From positions 920,305 to 984,304 of the forward strand of contig CAWGEU010000001.1 of assembly GCA_963821745.1 (NCBI GenBank): a stretch of DNA of 64,000 nt, read 5' to 3'. The position numbers and the translations under genes were made by a program. Under the pieces are notes generated by a model. That model was not told where the DNA came from. It worked only from the letters and a program-made list of their open reading frames with translations, and did not search any database. Every line of letters starts with the position of its first letter. Positions within the stretch are counted from its first letter, which is position 1. The stretch is from an uncultured Pseudomonadota bacterium. GTDB lineage: Bacteria; Pseudomonadota; Gammaproteobacteria; Steroidobacterales; Steroidobacteraceae. Positions 35,449-45,112 of this stretch are shown here, one piece after another.

Positions 35449-36544
35449 ATGGAAATCAACATGCTAAAGCGTCAGCTCAAAGATCTCGAGGAACGTATGT
35501 CTTCCTTGAGGGGGTTTCTTTGAGTACGACCAGAAGAAAGAGCGGCTCGAAGAAGTAAGCCGCGAGCTCGAAGACCCCGCAATCTGGAACAAGCCCGAGG
35601 TTGCCCAGGAACTGGGCAAGGAACGCGCACGCCTCACGACCGACCTGGTCGACATGGACAAGGCCATCGGCGCCGTCACCAGCGCCTCCGAACTACTCGA
35701 ACTCGCCGAAAGCGAGAACGACGAGGGCATGGCCGCCGAAATCGAGCGCGATGCAGCCAAGCTCGAAGCCGACGTGCGCAAGCTCGAATTCAAGCGCATG
35801 TTCCGCGGCGAGATGGACTCGCACAACGCCTTCCTCGACATCCAGGCGGGAGCGGGCGGCACCGAAGCCCAGGATTGGGCGCAGATGCTGCTGCGCATGT
35901 ACCTGAAATGGGCGGCGTCGCGCGGTTTCGACGCCGAAGTCATCGACTCCCAGTCTGGCGAAGTCGCGGGCATGAAGAGCGCCACGATCGAGATCAAGGG
36001 CGACTACGCCTATGGCTGGCTGCGCACCGAGACGGGCGTGCACCGGCTCGTGCGCAAGTCGCCGTTCGACTCGGGCAATCGCCGTCACACCTCGTTCGCC
36101 TCGGTGTTCATTTCGCCCGAAGTCGACGATGACATCAAAGTCGACCTGAATCCGGCCGACATCAAGATGGACGTCTATCGATCGAGCGGCGCCGGCGGCC
36201 AGCACGTCAACAAGACCGAATCGGCGGTGCGCCTGACGCACGGACCCTCAGGTATCGTCGTTGCCTGCCAGAACGAGCGCAGCCAGCACAAGAACCGCGC
36301 CACCGCCATGAAGATGCTCAAGGCGAAGCTCTACGAGCTGGAAGTCAACAAGCGCAACGCCGCATCGAAGGTTCTGGAGGACTCCAAGAGCGACGTGAGC
36401 TGGGGCAACCAGATCCGCTCGTACGTGCTCGACCAGTCGCGCATCAAGGATCTGCGCACCGGAGTCGAAATCGGTGACACCAACAAGGTGCTCGATGGCA
36501 ATCTCGATCCTTTCATGGAAGCTTCGTTGAAGGCGGGACTGTGA
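35449..36544 (+). CDS. prfB: Peptide chain release factor 2, expressed through a programmed +1 frameshift (frame 0 is 35449-35520, the +1 frame is 35522-36544)
   Basis: [24 protein letters not shown]-(UGA), then [23 protein letters not shown]. It carries the SPF tripeptide (RKSPFDS) and the GGQ motif ([16 protein letters not shown]). Confidence 0.95.
35509..35524 (+). promoter_or_regulatory. prfB autoregulatory +1 frameshift site: SD-like AGGGGG, a 3-nt spacer, then CUU UGA G
   Basis: The sequence AGG GGG TTT CTT TGA G is at 35509-35524. E. coli has AGG GGG TAT CTT TGA C. Confidence 0.9.
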
Positions 36545-36562
36545 GGCGAAGATGAGAACAAG

Positions 36563-38038
36563 TTGATTGCCGAGCGCCGCGCCAAGCTTGCGGCGTGGCG
36601 CGAACAGGCGCGCGCGGCAAATGTCCCGGCATTCCCCAACGATTACCGTCGTGACGTCCTCGCGTCGTTGCTGCAGGCGGAGTACGGCGACAAACCGGCG
36701 GAGTGGTTCGACGCCAACCCGCCTGTCCGGCTGCACGTGGCCGGCCGCATGATGTTCCAGCGCGTCATGGGCAAGGCGAGTTTCGCCAAGCTGCAGGACC
36801 GCACGGGACAGATCCAGATTTTCCTGCAGCGCGATTCGCTCGGCGATGCGTACGAAGCGTTCAAGAAGTACGACATCGGCGACATCCTTGCCGCCACGGG
36901 CACCCTGTTCAAGACGAAGACCGGTGAGTTGTCGGTGCGTGTCGAAGAGCTGCGCATGCTGACGAAGTCGTTGCGCCCGCTGCCCGACAAGTGGCACGGA
37001 ATGGCCGACGTCGATACCCGCTACCGCCAGCGCTACGTCGATCTCATCGTCAACGAACAGAGCCGCAATACTTTCGTCACACGCAATCGCATCCTCCGCT
37101 ATCTGCGCGACTTCCTCGATTCGATGGACTTCCTCGAAGTCGAGACGCCCATGCTGCAGAGCATTCCGGGCGGCGCGGTCGCACGTCCGTTCAAGACCCA
37201 TCACAACGCACTCGACATGGACATGTACCTGCGCATCGCGCCGGAATTGTTCCTCAAGCGCCTCACGGTGGGCGGCTTCGAGCGCGTGTACGAGATCAAT
37301 CGCAATTTCCGCAACGAAGGCGTGTCGACGCGGCACAACCCCGAGTTCACGATGCTCGAGTTGTATGTCGCGTACGCCGACTACAACGATCTCATCGTCA
37401 TGGTCGAGCGGGCGATGCAAGGTCTCGCTGACGTGATCTATGGCAGCCGCAGGTTTCAGTATCAAGGCAGAGATTACGACCTCGACAAACCGTTCACGCG
37501 AATCTCGGTCATCGATGCCGTTGCGGCCAACGTGCCGGGCTTCGACCTGGCCCGTGCGCGTGATCTCACCTATCTACGCGAGCTTTGCACGAAGAATGGC
37601 ATCACGTTCAAGCCGGGTGACGGCGCCGGCAAGCTGCAGATCGAGCTCTTCGAGAAGTTTGCCGAAGACACCTTCATGGATCCGACGTTCGTGTACGCCT
37701 ATCCAACCGAGGTCAGCCCGCTGTCGCGCGCCAAAGATGCCGATCCGTTCCTCACCGACCGGTTCGAGTTCTTCGTCGCGGGGCGTGAGCTCGCCAACGG
37801 CTTCTCCGAGCTCAACGACGCGGAAGACCAGGCGGCTCGATTCCGTGCGCAGGTCGAACGCAAGGACGCCGGAGACGATGAAGCGATGTATTACGACGCC
37901 GACTACGTGCGCGCGCTCGAGTACGGCATGCCGCCGACCGCGGGTCTGGGGGTCGGCATCGACCGGCTGGTCATGTTCTTCACCGATGCGGCCTCCATCC
38001 GTGACGTGCTGCTGTTCCCGCACATGCGTCCCGAATGA
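36563..38038 (+). CDS. lysS: Lysine--tRNA ligase LysS. The annotated TTG start is probably not the true start (see findings).
   Basis: Class II aaRS motifs: [49 protein letters not shown]. Intact from 36563. It is in the same frame as prfB and only 6 codons after the prfB stop. Confidence 0.94.
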   Translation: MIAERRAKLAAWREQARAANVPAFPNDYRRDVLASLLQAEYGDKPAEWFDANPPVRLHVAGRMMFQRVMGKASFAKLQDRTGQIQIFLQRDSLGDAYEAFKKYDIGDILAATGTLFKTKTGELSVRVEELRMLTKSLRPLPDKWHGMADVDTRYRQRYVDLIVNEQSRNTFVTRNRILRYLRDFLDSMDFLEVETPMLQSIPGGAVARPFKTHHNALDMDMYLRIAPELFLKRLTVGGFERVYEINRNFRNEGVSTRHNPEFTMLELYVAYADYNDLIVMVERAMQGLADVIYGSRRFQYQGRDYDLDKPFTRISVIDAVAANVPGFDLARARDLTYLRELCTKNGITFKPGDGAGKLQIELFEKFAEDTFMDPTFVYAYPTEVSPLSRAKDADPFLTDRFEFFVAGRELANGFSELNDAEDQAARFRAQVERKDAGDDEAMYYDADYVRALEYGMPPTAGLGVGIDRLVMFFTDAASIRDVLLFPHMRPE

Positions 38039-38836
38039 ATGCGCCCGTCGGCGTGTTCGACTCCGGAGTCGGCGGACTCACGGTGCTGCGCGCGCTGATC
38101 GCCGAGCTTCCCGGCGAAGACTTCCTCTATCTGGGCGACACCGCGCGACTTCCGTACGGCACCAAGAGTCCCGAGACGGTGGCGCGGTATTCGGTGCGCG
38201 CAGCCGAGGCGCTTGAGAGCCGCGGCATCAAGGCGCTGGTCGTCGCCTGCAACACGGCTTCTGCCACCGCGCTGTCCGAGTCTGCGCGAACGGTTTCCCG
38301 CGCTGCCGGTGATCGGCGTCATCGAACCCGGTGCGCAGGCGGCCTGCGAAGCGTCGGCCAGCGGGCGTATCGCCGTGCTCGCTACCGAAGGCACGGTGCG
38401 CGGCGGCGCGTACCAGCGCGCCATCCTCGCTTTGCGCCCGGGTGCGCATGTCACCCAGGTTTCAGCGCAGGTATTCGTGGCGCTGGCCGAAGAGGGCTGG
38501 AGCGAAGGCGAGGCCGTCGATGCCGTCACCGAGCGATATCTCGCGCATCTCGATGCGCGCGTGGATACAGTCGTGCTCGGCTGCACGCACTTTCCGCTGC
38601 TGGCGGGCGCGATCAGCCGGCAGTTGGGGCCGACACGACGCGTGGTGGATTCGGCGGCGACGACCGCACGGGCGACAGCGCTCGAACTAGCCGCTCGCGG
38701 CCTTTCGGTGCGTGAGGCTCGCACCGGTACCGTGCGCCTGCTGGCGACCGACAGTCCGGAGCGTTTCGCCCGCGTCGGCGCGCGTTTTCTGGGCTCGTCG
38801 ATCGCCGAAAGGGCGGTTCAGGCAATCGATCTTTAG
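38035..38836 (+). CDS. murI: Glutamate racemase MurI. Frame change near 38275.
   Basis: [27 protein letters not shown] (ORF 38035..), then PVIGVIEPG and [11 protein letters not shown] (ORF 38213..38836). There is an ATGA overlap with lysS. Confidence 0.88.
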
Positions 38837-38949
38837 ATACTTTCCATAACGCGGTTACACTTGGCGCCCCCGACTTGCGGGTGCGCGAACGAGAACAAGG
38901 GAAGGGCTGGATGAGAGAGAGATCAGGAGTTGCACACGATCGCGCCGTG

Positions 38950-39783
38950 ATGCCGATGCGCTACGGCTTCGCGGATACGTTGTCCGGTCAGTTGCACTTC
39001 CGCGCCTGCGGCGCCGGCCCCGACATCGTGCTGTTGCCATGGCTTCCGGCCAGCGGCCGAATGTTCGAACACGTCATGCCGCACCTCGCGCGTGCCGGCT
39101 TTCGCGCCATCGCCTTCGATCTCGCCGGTTCCGGCCGATCGCACAAGAAGTCCCGAAACTGGACGGTGCAGCAGTACGCGGCCGACGTGCTCGAAGCCTG
39201 CGGCTCGTTGCATACCGTTCCCTACACCGTGGTCGGCGGCCGTTTCTCCGCCTCGGTGGCGGTGGAAATGTTGTTAGCTTCGCCCGCGCAGGTGACCGGC
39301 GCCGTGCTCGATGGCGTGCCGGGGCTGGCTCCCGAAGAGCTGCGCAAGATGACCGGGCCCACCACCGGGCTGTCACCGAAGCTCGCCGACGACGGTGCGC
39401 ATCGCAGTTTCGCCTTCGACGTCACCGTGCGCACGCTCAAGGATTGGGATCCGTCATTCGAGCTGACCGCGGACTCCCTGCCGCTGGTCTATGAATTGAT
39501 GCGTGATTACCTGGAACTGGGATACGAGAGCATCGCGGCCGGCGTCGATGCGGACGCAAAAGGCGGCAAGGGTACTCACGACGTGCTCGCGCGCCTCGGC
39601 GAAGTGTCGCAGCGCGTGCTGGTCATGACCTCGGATGCGGACAGCCTCGCCCCCGCGTACAACCGCGCGCTGGAGCGCGCACGCAATTCGCGCGGCCACA
39701 AGTTCGTCGGCAACCACCCCGTGCTCACGCCGGCCCGCGCCGCTGAATACGCCCAGGTGGTGGTGTCGTTCTCGCGGCGTTAG
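38950..39783 (+). CDS. Alpha/beta-hydrolase-fold protein with an atypical nucleophile elbow
   Basis: GAGPDIVLLPWLPASGRMF...FRAIAFDLAGSGRS...YTVVGGRFSASVAVEML fits the alpha/beta-hydrolase layout, but GGRFSAS replaces G-x-S-x-G. The start is uncertain (38875, 38911 or 38950). Confidence 0.6.
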   Translation: MPMRYGFADTLSGQLHFRACGAGPDIVLLPWLPASGRMFEHVMPHLARAGFRAIAFDLAGSGRSHKKSRNWTVQQYAADVLEACGSLHTVPYTVVGGRFSASVAVEMLLASPAQVTGAVLDGVPGLAPEELRKMTGPTTGLSPKLADDGAHRSFAFDVTVRTLKDWDPSFELTADSLPLVYELMRDYLELGYESIAAGVDADAKGGKGTHDVLARLGEVSQRVLVMTSDADSLAPAYNRALERARNSRGHKFVGNHPVLTPARAAEYAQVVVSFSRR

Positions 39784-39811
39784 TTAGTCGCCCGCGCCGC
39801 CTTTCGGGCAG

Positions 39812-39865
39812 CCCCTATTCCGGTAGAGGCCCCTATTCCGGCAGAGGCCCCTATTCCGGTAGAGG
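39812..39865. repeat. Three tandem copies of an 18-nt unit CCCCTATTCCGG(T/C)AGAGG, plus a degenerate fourth
   Basis: Copies at 39812-39829, 39830-39847 and 39848-39865, then ATAGGGCAGAGG. The repeat lies between the convergent hydrolase and ygfZ genes. The last ~11 codons of ygfZ (PLPLPYPLPE) are encoded by it. Confidence 0.85.
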
Positions 39866-40696
39866 ATAGGGCAGAGGCAGTGGCCCGGTTACCGACGCAC
39901 CGGTTTCCGCGCCGGCGTTTTCGTCGCCCGCACTGCCCGTGAAAGGGCCCACCGCCAACAGATCCCAGCCGCCTTCGGCGCCGGGAGCAGCACGCACCAC
40001 GGTGAGAGCGCGCCCGTCGGTGCTGCGCACGCTGTCGCCGGGAGCGGGCGCCTCGTTCTGCGCGGAATGCCATCGCTGCAGCCGGCGTTTGACGCGGCCG
40101 CGATAATGCGCGCGCGCGATGACCTCCTGGCCGGTGTAGCAACCCTTGTCGAAGGCGATGGCACCTAGCAAGTCGAGGTTGAGCATCTGGGCGACGAAGG
40201 CTTCGCTGGTGATGGCATACACCTGCGGCAGGCCCGCGAAGATATCGGCGCGTTCCCACTCGGCACGTGAAAACGTGTCAGCGATTTCGGCGGTGGCGGG
40301 TGCCAGCAGCATCCAGCGATCGCCCCATCGAATCTGGGGGGAAGCAGAAGCGGACGCAGTCGCCGAGCCCACCACCCGCAGCGTGCCGGAGAGATCTTCG
40401 ATGCGAACCTTGGCGCGCAGGATGTACTTGCGCAGCTTTTGTTCGACTGGCACCACGAGTTCGCGCGGCAACACCGCGAGCACTTCTTCCGTGCTTGCGC
40501 GAAGCAGGGTGAGCAATGCGATCGCGCGACCTTGCGGGTTGTGCAGTCCGGCGAGCGTGGATGCGCCGGTGTCGAGCTTTTCAACCTCAGCCGATAGCTG
40601 CCCCTGCAGGAAGCGCGCGGCGTCGGCGCCGCGAAACGCCAGCACACCCAATCCATCGGTCGGGCTTGTCAGATCGACGCCGCCAAGTGTGCTCAT
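39851..40696 (-). CDS. ygfZ: Folate-binding Fe-S cluster repair/tRNA-modification protein YgfZ
   Basis: GADAARFLQGQLSAEV... and the signature FDKGCYTGQEVIARAHYRGRVKRRL. Intact 281 aa. Confidence 0.82.
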   Translation of the reverse strand: MSTLGGVDLTSPTDGLGVLAFRGADAARFLQGQLSAEVEKLDTGASTLAGLHNPQGRAIALLTLLRASTEEVLAVLPRELVVPVEQKLRKYILRAKVRIEDLSGTLRVVGSATASASASPQIRWGDRWMLLAPATAEIADTFSRAEWERADIFAGLPQVYAITSEAFVAQMLNLDLLGAIAFDKGCYTGQEVIARAHYRGRVKRRLQRWHSAQNEAPAPGDSVRSTDGRALTVVRAAPGAEGGWDLLAVGPFTGSAGDENAGAETGASVTGPLPLPYPLPE

Positions 40697-40757
40697 CTTT
40701 GTTTTTGCAGGAGTTTCATATGGTCGTGCGCGGCTGATTCTGGCAGAATTCGCGCCC

Positions 40758-40943
40758 GTGCCGAATGCCCCTTCCGAAGTAGTTCCTCACCGCGCCACCG
40801 ACGTCATTTCGGCACCCGCGCACACGGCAAACTCACTGCAAGCCGCCAAGCCCGTGGTGCCCGCCGAAATCGGTGGTCCGCCGGGTCCGGAACCCACGCG
40901 CTTTGGTGACTGGGAAAAGAATGGCCGCTGTGTCGACTTCTAA
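40758..40943 (+). CDS. DUF1674 (SDHAF4-like) small protein
   Basis: The C-terminus EIGGPPGPEPTRFGDWEKNGRCVDF matches the DUF1674 signature. The GTG at 40758 is the only plausible start in frame. It ends 12 nt before sdhC. Confidence 0.65.
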   Translation: MPNAPSEVVPHRATDVISAPAHTANSLQAAKPVVPAEIGGPPGPEPTRFGDWEKNGRCVDF

Positions 40944-40955
40944 GGTCTGTCTACG

Positions 40956-41348
40956 ATGAACCAGCGACCACTTTCTCCCCATCTCGGCGTGTACAAGTTC
41001 GCCTACACGATGGCGCTGTCGATCCTGCACCGGATCATGGGTGGCGCGCTGTCGGTGGGTTTCCTGGTGCTGGTCTGGTGGCTGCTGGCGCTTGCGCAAG
41101 GTCCGCAGGCCTACGTCGAAGCGGTCGAAGTCCTCGGTTCCGGGTTCTTCAAACTACTGCTGGGCGGGTGGGCGCTTGCGTTCATCTATCACCTTTGTAA
41201 CGGCATCCGCCATCTCCTGTGGGATGCGGGCGCCGGTCTCGAGCGACACCAGGCTCGTCGCAGCGGCGTCATCGTGGTGGTCGCCACGATCGTGTTGTTC
41301 GCGCTGTTCGTGTGGGCCGTGTACAGCGCTACGCCGGTGATGGAATGA
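40956..41348 (+). CDS. sdhC: Succinate dehydrogenase cytochrome b556 subunit
   Basis: RPLSPHLGVYKF...ILHRIMG and HLCNGIRHLLWD. Three TM segments. First gene of sdhCDAB. Confidence 0.88.
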   Translation: MNQRPLSPHLGVYKFAYTMALSILHRIMGGALSVGFLVLVWWLLALAQGPQAYVEAVEVLGSGFFKLLLGGWALAFIYHLCNGIRHLLWDAGAGLERHQARRSGVIVVVATIVLFALFVWAVYSATPVME

Positions 41349-41722
41349 GCCTGCGCACTCCGTTGGGCAAGGTGCTCGGGCGCGGATCGGCCGGCGATGG
41401 CGTTGGTCACTGGTGGGAACAGCGCGTCACCGCCATCGCACTGATCCCGCTGACAGTATGGTTTTTCGTCGGCCTGCTGCGCCGCCATGCCGGCAAGTTC
41501 GAAGACATGCAGGTCTGGCTGTCGCAACCTTCGTCGGCGCTACTGGCGCTGCTGCTCGTGGGCACGCTCGCATGGCACTCCAAGCTCGGCATGCAGGTGA
41601 TCATCGAAGACTATGTCCACGGCAAGGTCGCCAAGACCACGCTGCTGATGCTCTCCGGCTACATCCACGTGTTCGCCGCGGTCGCCGGCATTTTCGCGAT
41701 CGTTCGCCTGGCCCTTGTCTGA
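41345..41722 (+). CDS. sdhD: Succinate dehydrogenase membrane anchor subunit
   Basis: [15 protein letters not shown] and [15 protein letters not shown]. The ATG at 41345 overlaps the sdhC stop (ATGA). Confidence 0.85.
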   Translation: MSLRTPLGKVLGRGSAGDGVGHWWEQRVTAIALIPLTVWFFVGLLRRHAGKFEDMQVWLSQPSSALLALLLVGTLAWHSKLGMQVIIEDYVHGKVAKTTLLMLSGYIHVFAAVAGIFAIVRLALV

Positions 41723-41732
41723 AAGACCTGGC

Positions 41733-43517
41733 ATGAAAGACTACGAATTCATCGATCACTCCTACGACGTCGTCGTGGTCGGCGCCGGCGGCGCTGGCCT
41801 GCGCGCGACGCTGGGTCTCGCCGAAGCCGGTCTGACTACCGCGTGCATCACCAAGGTCTTCCCGACGCGCAGCCACACGGTGGCGGCGCAGGGCGGCATC
41901 TCGGCGGCGCTCGGCAACATGGGTGAAGACGACTGGCGTTTCCATTTCTACGACACCATCAAGGGCTCGGACTGGCTCGGCGACCAGGACGCCATCGAGT
42001 TCATGTGCAAGGAAGCGCCGGCCGCGGTCATCGAGCTGGAGCACTACGGTGTGCCGTTCTCGCGAACCAACGACGGCCGCATCTACCAGCGCCCCTTCGG
42101 CGGCATGACCACGCATTACGGCAAGGGCACGGCGCATCGCACCTGCGCCGCTGCGGACCGCACCGGCCACGCAATGCTGCACACGCTGTATCAGCAGTCG
42201 ATCAAGCATCACGCCGAATTCTTCGTCGAGTACTTCGCGCTCGATCTCATCATGCAGGACGGCGCCTGCCGCGGTGTCGTGGCGCTCGACATGGCCACCG
42301 GCCGCCTGCATCGATATCGCGCGCACTCCGTCATCCTCGCCACCGGCGGATACGGGCGCGCATATTTCTCCTGCACCTCGGCGCACACCTGCACGGGAGA
42401 TGGCGGCGGCATGGCGCTGCGCGCGGGCCTGCCGATGCAGGACATGGAATTCGTGCAGTTCCATCCCACCGGCATCTACGGCTCCGGCTGTCTCATCACC
42501 GAAGGGTCGCGCGGCGAGGGTGGCTATCTCACGAATTCCGACGGTGAGCGTTTCATGGAGCGGTACGCGCCCAACGCCAAGGATCTCGCTTCTCGCGACG
42601 TGGTCTCGCGCTCGATGACGATCGAGATTCGCGAAGGCCGCGGCGTCGGCAGGGACAAGGACCACATCCACCTGCACCTCGAACATCTCGGCCCCGAAGT
42701 CATCCACGCCCGCCTGCCCGGTATCGCGGAAACCGCGCGCATCTTCGCCGGCGTCGACGTGAATAAAGATCCGATTCCCGTGCTGCCGACCGTCCACTAC
42801 AACATGGGCGGAATTCCCTGCAACGTGCATGGCGAAGTGGTCACCTCGAAAAATGGAAACCCGGACACTGTTGTGGCCGGCCTCATGGCAGTTGGTGAAG
42901 CTGCCTGCGTTTCGGTGCACGGCGCCAATCGCCTCGGCAGCAATTCGCTGCTCGACCTCGTGGTGTTCGGTCGTGAAGCCGGCCGACACGCCGCCACGGT
43001 CATCAAGCCCGGCCAGTCGCACGCGCCGCTCGCGAAAGACGCCGGGGACTTTGCCGTGGCGCGACTCGACCGCTTCCGCAACGCGAAGGGATCGCGCGGC
43101 ACCGCCGAGATCCGGCTCGAGATGCAGAAGATCATGCAGCGTGACGCCGCGGTATTTCGCACCGGGTCCACACTCGCGGACGGCGTGCGCGATCTGGCGA
43201 AGACGCACGCGTCGTTCGCCGACGTCAAGGTGGCCGACCGTGGACTCATCTGGAATACCGACCTCGTCGAGACCATCGAGCTCGACAACCTGCTGGGTCA
43301 GGCGACGGCCACCATCGTCAGCGCCGAGAACCGCAAGGAGAGCCGCGGCGCGCACGCGCGCGAGGACTTCAAGGATCGCGACGACGTGAACTGGCAGAAA
43401 CACTCGCTGTGCTGGGTGGATGAAGCCGGCAAGTCGCGCATCGAATACCGCCCCGTGCACATGAACACGCTCACGAAAGACGTCGAGCCGATTCCGCCGA
43501 AAGCGCGCACCTATTAA
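41733..43517 (+). CDS. sdhA: Succinate dehydrogenase flavoprotein subunit
   Basis: [15 protein letters not shown], the FAD-attachment motif [10 protein letters not shown], and [18 protein letters not shown]. Intact. Confidence 0.97.
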   Translation: MKDYEFIDHSYDVVVVGAGGAGLRATLGLAEAGLTTACITKVFPTRSHTVAAQGGISAALGNMGEDDWRFHFYDTIKGSDWLGDQDAIEFMCKEAPAAVIELEHYGVPFSRTNDGRIYQRPFGGMTTHYGKGTAHRTCAAADRTGHAMLHTLYQQSIKHHAEFFVEYFALDLIMQDGACRGVVALDMATGRLHRYRAHSVILATGGYGRAYFSCTSAHTCTGDGGGMALRAGLPMQDMEFVQFHPTGIYGSGCLITEGSRGEGGYLTNSDGERFMERYAPNAKDLASRDVVSRSMTIEIREGRGVGRDKDHIHLHLEHLGPEVIHARLPGIAETARIFAGVDVNKDPIPVLPTVHYNMGGIPCNVHGEVVTSKNGNPDTVVAGLMAVGEAACVSVHGANRLGSNSLLDLVVFGREAGRHAATVIKPGQSHAPLAKDAGDFAVARLDRFRNAKGSRGTAEIRLEMQKIMQRDAAVFRTGSTLADGVRDLAKTHASFADVKVADRGLIWNTDLVETIELDNLLGQATATIVSAENRKESRGAHAREDFKDRDDVNWQKHSLCWVDEAGKSRIEYRPVHMNTLTKDVEPIPPKARTY

Positions 43518-43529
43518 AGAGCAGTACTC

Positions 43530-44318
43530 ATGGCCGAATTCACGCTCCCCGCAAACTCGAAGATCGACAAGGCCGCCGGCAAGAAGTATCCGGCGCCGGC
43601 TGGTGCGAAGCGTGTCCGCAAGTTCGTCATCTATCGCTTCGATCCGGACTCCGGGCAGAACCCGCGCATGGACACTTATGAAGTGGACATGGATGCCTGC
43701 GGCCCCATGGTTCTCGACGCGCTGCTCAAGATCAAGAATGAAGTCGATCCCACGCTGACGTTCCGCCGCTCCTGCCGCGAGGGAATCTGCGGCAGCTGCG
43801 CGATGAATATCGGCGGACTCAACACGCTGGCGTGCACCAAGGCCTGCAACGAGGTCAAAGGTGACGTGAAGATCTATCCGCTGCCGCACATGCCGGTGGT
43901 GAAAGATCTCGTGCCCGACCTCACCAATTTCTATGCGCAGTACGCAGCCGTGAAGCCGTGGCTGCAGGCACGAACGGCCCCGCCACCTGATCGTGAACGC
44001 CCCCAGTCGAAAGAAGACCAGGAAAAGATCGACCGGCCTTCGGCGTGCATCCTCTGCGCCTGCTGTTCCACCGCCTGTCCCAGTTACTGGTGGAACAGCG
44101 ACCGTTACCTCGGGCCCGCCGCGCTGCTGGCCGCCTATCGATGGATCATCGATTCGCGTGACGAGGCGACCGGCGAAAGGCTCGACGAGCTCGAAGACCC
44201 ATTCCGGCTGTACCGCTGCCACACCATCATGAATTGCACCGAGGCGTGCCCGAAGGATCTCAATCCGGCCAAGGCAATTGCCGAGATCAAGAAGATGATG
44301 ATTGAACGCCAACATTGA
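43530..44318 (+). CDS. sdhB: Succinate dehydrogenase iron-sulfur subunit
   Basis: Three cysteine clusters: [26 protein letters not shown] and [13 protein letters not shown]. Intact 262 aa. Confidence 0.97.
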   Translation: MAEFTLPANSKIDKAAGKKYPAPAGAKRVRKFVIYRFDPDSGQNPRMDTYEVDMDACGPMVLDALLKIKNEVDPTLTFRRSCREGICGSCAMNIGGLNTLACTKACNEVKGDVKIYPLPHMPVVKDLVPDLTNFYAQYAAVKPWLQARTAPPPDRERPQSKEDQEKIDRPSACILCACCSTACPSYWWNSDRYLGPAALLAAYRWIIDSRDEATGERLDELEDPFRLYRCHTIMNCTEACPKDLNPAKAIAEIKKMMIERQH

Positions 44319-44547
44319 ATCTGGCCGCCTCGCCTGGCAGTGCCGGCGCGGCATGAAGGAACTCGACTTCCTGCTGCTGCGTTACCTGCGTGAGCGGTAC
44401 GGCCAGGCGGCAAGCGACGAACGCGCCGCCTTCGCCGAATTTCTGGAATTGCCTGATCCGGACATCGCGCGTTATCTGCTCGCGGGAGATGTCTCACCCG
44501 ATCCCCGCTGCGCGTCACTCTGCCGCCAGCTCCTGCAATCGAATTGA
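44302..44547 (+). CDS. sdhE: FAD assembly factor SdhE (YgfY/CptB family)
   Basis: [21 protein letters not shown] contains the RGxxE motif. 81 aa. The TTG start overlaps the sdhB 3' end. Confidence 0.85.
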   Translation: MNANIESGRLAWQCRRGMKELDFLLLRYLRERYGQAASDERAAFAEFLELPDPDIARYLLAGDVSPDPRCASLCRQLLQSN

Positions 44548-44548
44548 T

Positions 44549-45007
44549 TTGTATCCTTCACCACTGGTGGCGACGGCATGGCTCGCGTGGCTGACGCTGG
44601 CGTGCATCGTCACGTGGTTCGCGGTCGCCATCCCCTGGCCAGCGCGAATGGCCGTCTGTGTTGCGGTGGCCACTGCGGGCATACGCGGAGTTCGAGTGTT
44701 CGTGTTGCTCAAAGGGCCACACGCGGTTCGCGCCATCGAATGGACGGAAGCGGGCGAGTTTTGCGTGTACCTCGGGCCCGGCTTCGCGCGCCATCCGGCA
44801 ACGCTCGCAAACGGCTCCTTCCGTTGGGGGGCGCGGCTCTGGCTTTTACTTTTCGCAACGCCCACCGGGGCGCGGGCTGCACTGGTCGAGGCGTCAAGCC
44901 ATGACCCGCGGTCCTTCCGGCGCCTCAGCCGCCGCCTCACGCGACACTTGCACAGGGGTTCCGGGCGTCCACCGCGCCCCGCTGTTACCATCCGGCCCAA
45001 GGTTTGA
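44549..45007 (+). CDS. YgfX/CptA-like inner-membrane protein (DUF1434-like)
   Basis: Immediately after sdhE, as in E. coli ygfY-ygfX. Two predicted TM helices (ATAWLAWLTLACIVTWFAV, MAVCVAVATAG), then a soluble part ending DPRSFRRLSRRL. The start (TTG 44549 or GTG 44567) is uncertain. Confidence 0.5.
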   Translation: MYPSPLVATAWLAWLTLACIVTWFAVAIPWPARMAVCVAVATAGIRGVRVFVLLKGPHAVRAIEWTEAGEFCVYLGPGFARHPATLANGSFRWGARLWLLLFATPTGARAALVEASSHDPRSFRRLSRRLTRHLHRGSGRPPRPAVTIRPKV

Positions 45008-45055
45008 AGTGCGTCACGCGCCATTAAAAATCATTCGATTAGCTCGCCCCCAAAA

Positions 45056-45084
45056 GGAAACTTTCATGGGCGTTCAGGGTCTAT
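45056..45084 (+). promoter_or_regulatory. Candidate sigma-E-dependent (autoregulated) promoter of the rpoE operon
   Basis: GGAAACTT (45056-45063), a 16-nt spacer, then TCTAT (45080-45084). The consensus is GGAACTT-N16-TCnAA. AGGAG at 45096-45100 precedes the rpoE GTG at 45113. Confidence 0.4.
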
Positions 45085-45112
45085 TCAGCTCGAAAGGAGC
45101 CGGGGTGCTCCT

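Noticed and set aside
39812-39880. Possible CRISPR array
   Set aside because: There are only three directly abutting 18-nt units with no spacers, and there are no cas genes anywhere in the window. It is a simple tandem repeat.
41601-44354. 917-aa ORF on the minus strand covering sdhA-sdhB
   Set aside because: It lies antisense to two unmistakable, intact genes. Its sequence is Arg/Ala/Gly-rich with no motifs, which is the typical shadow ORF of high-GC DNA.
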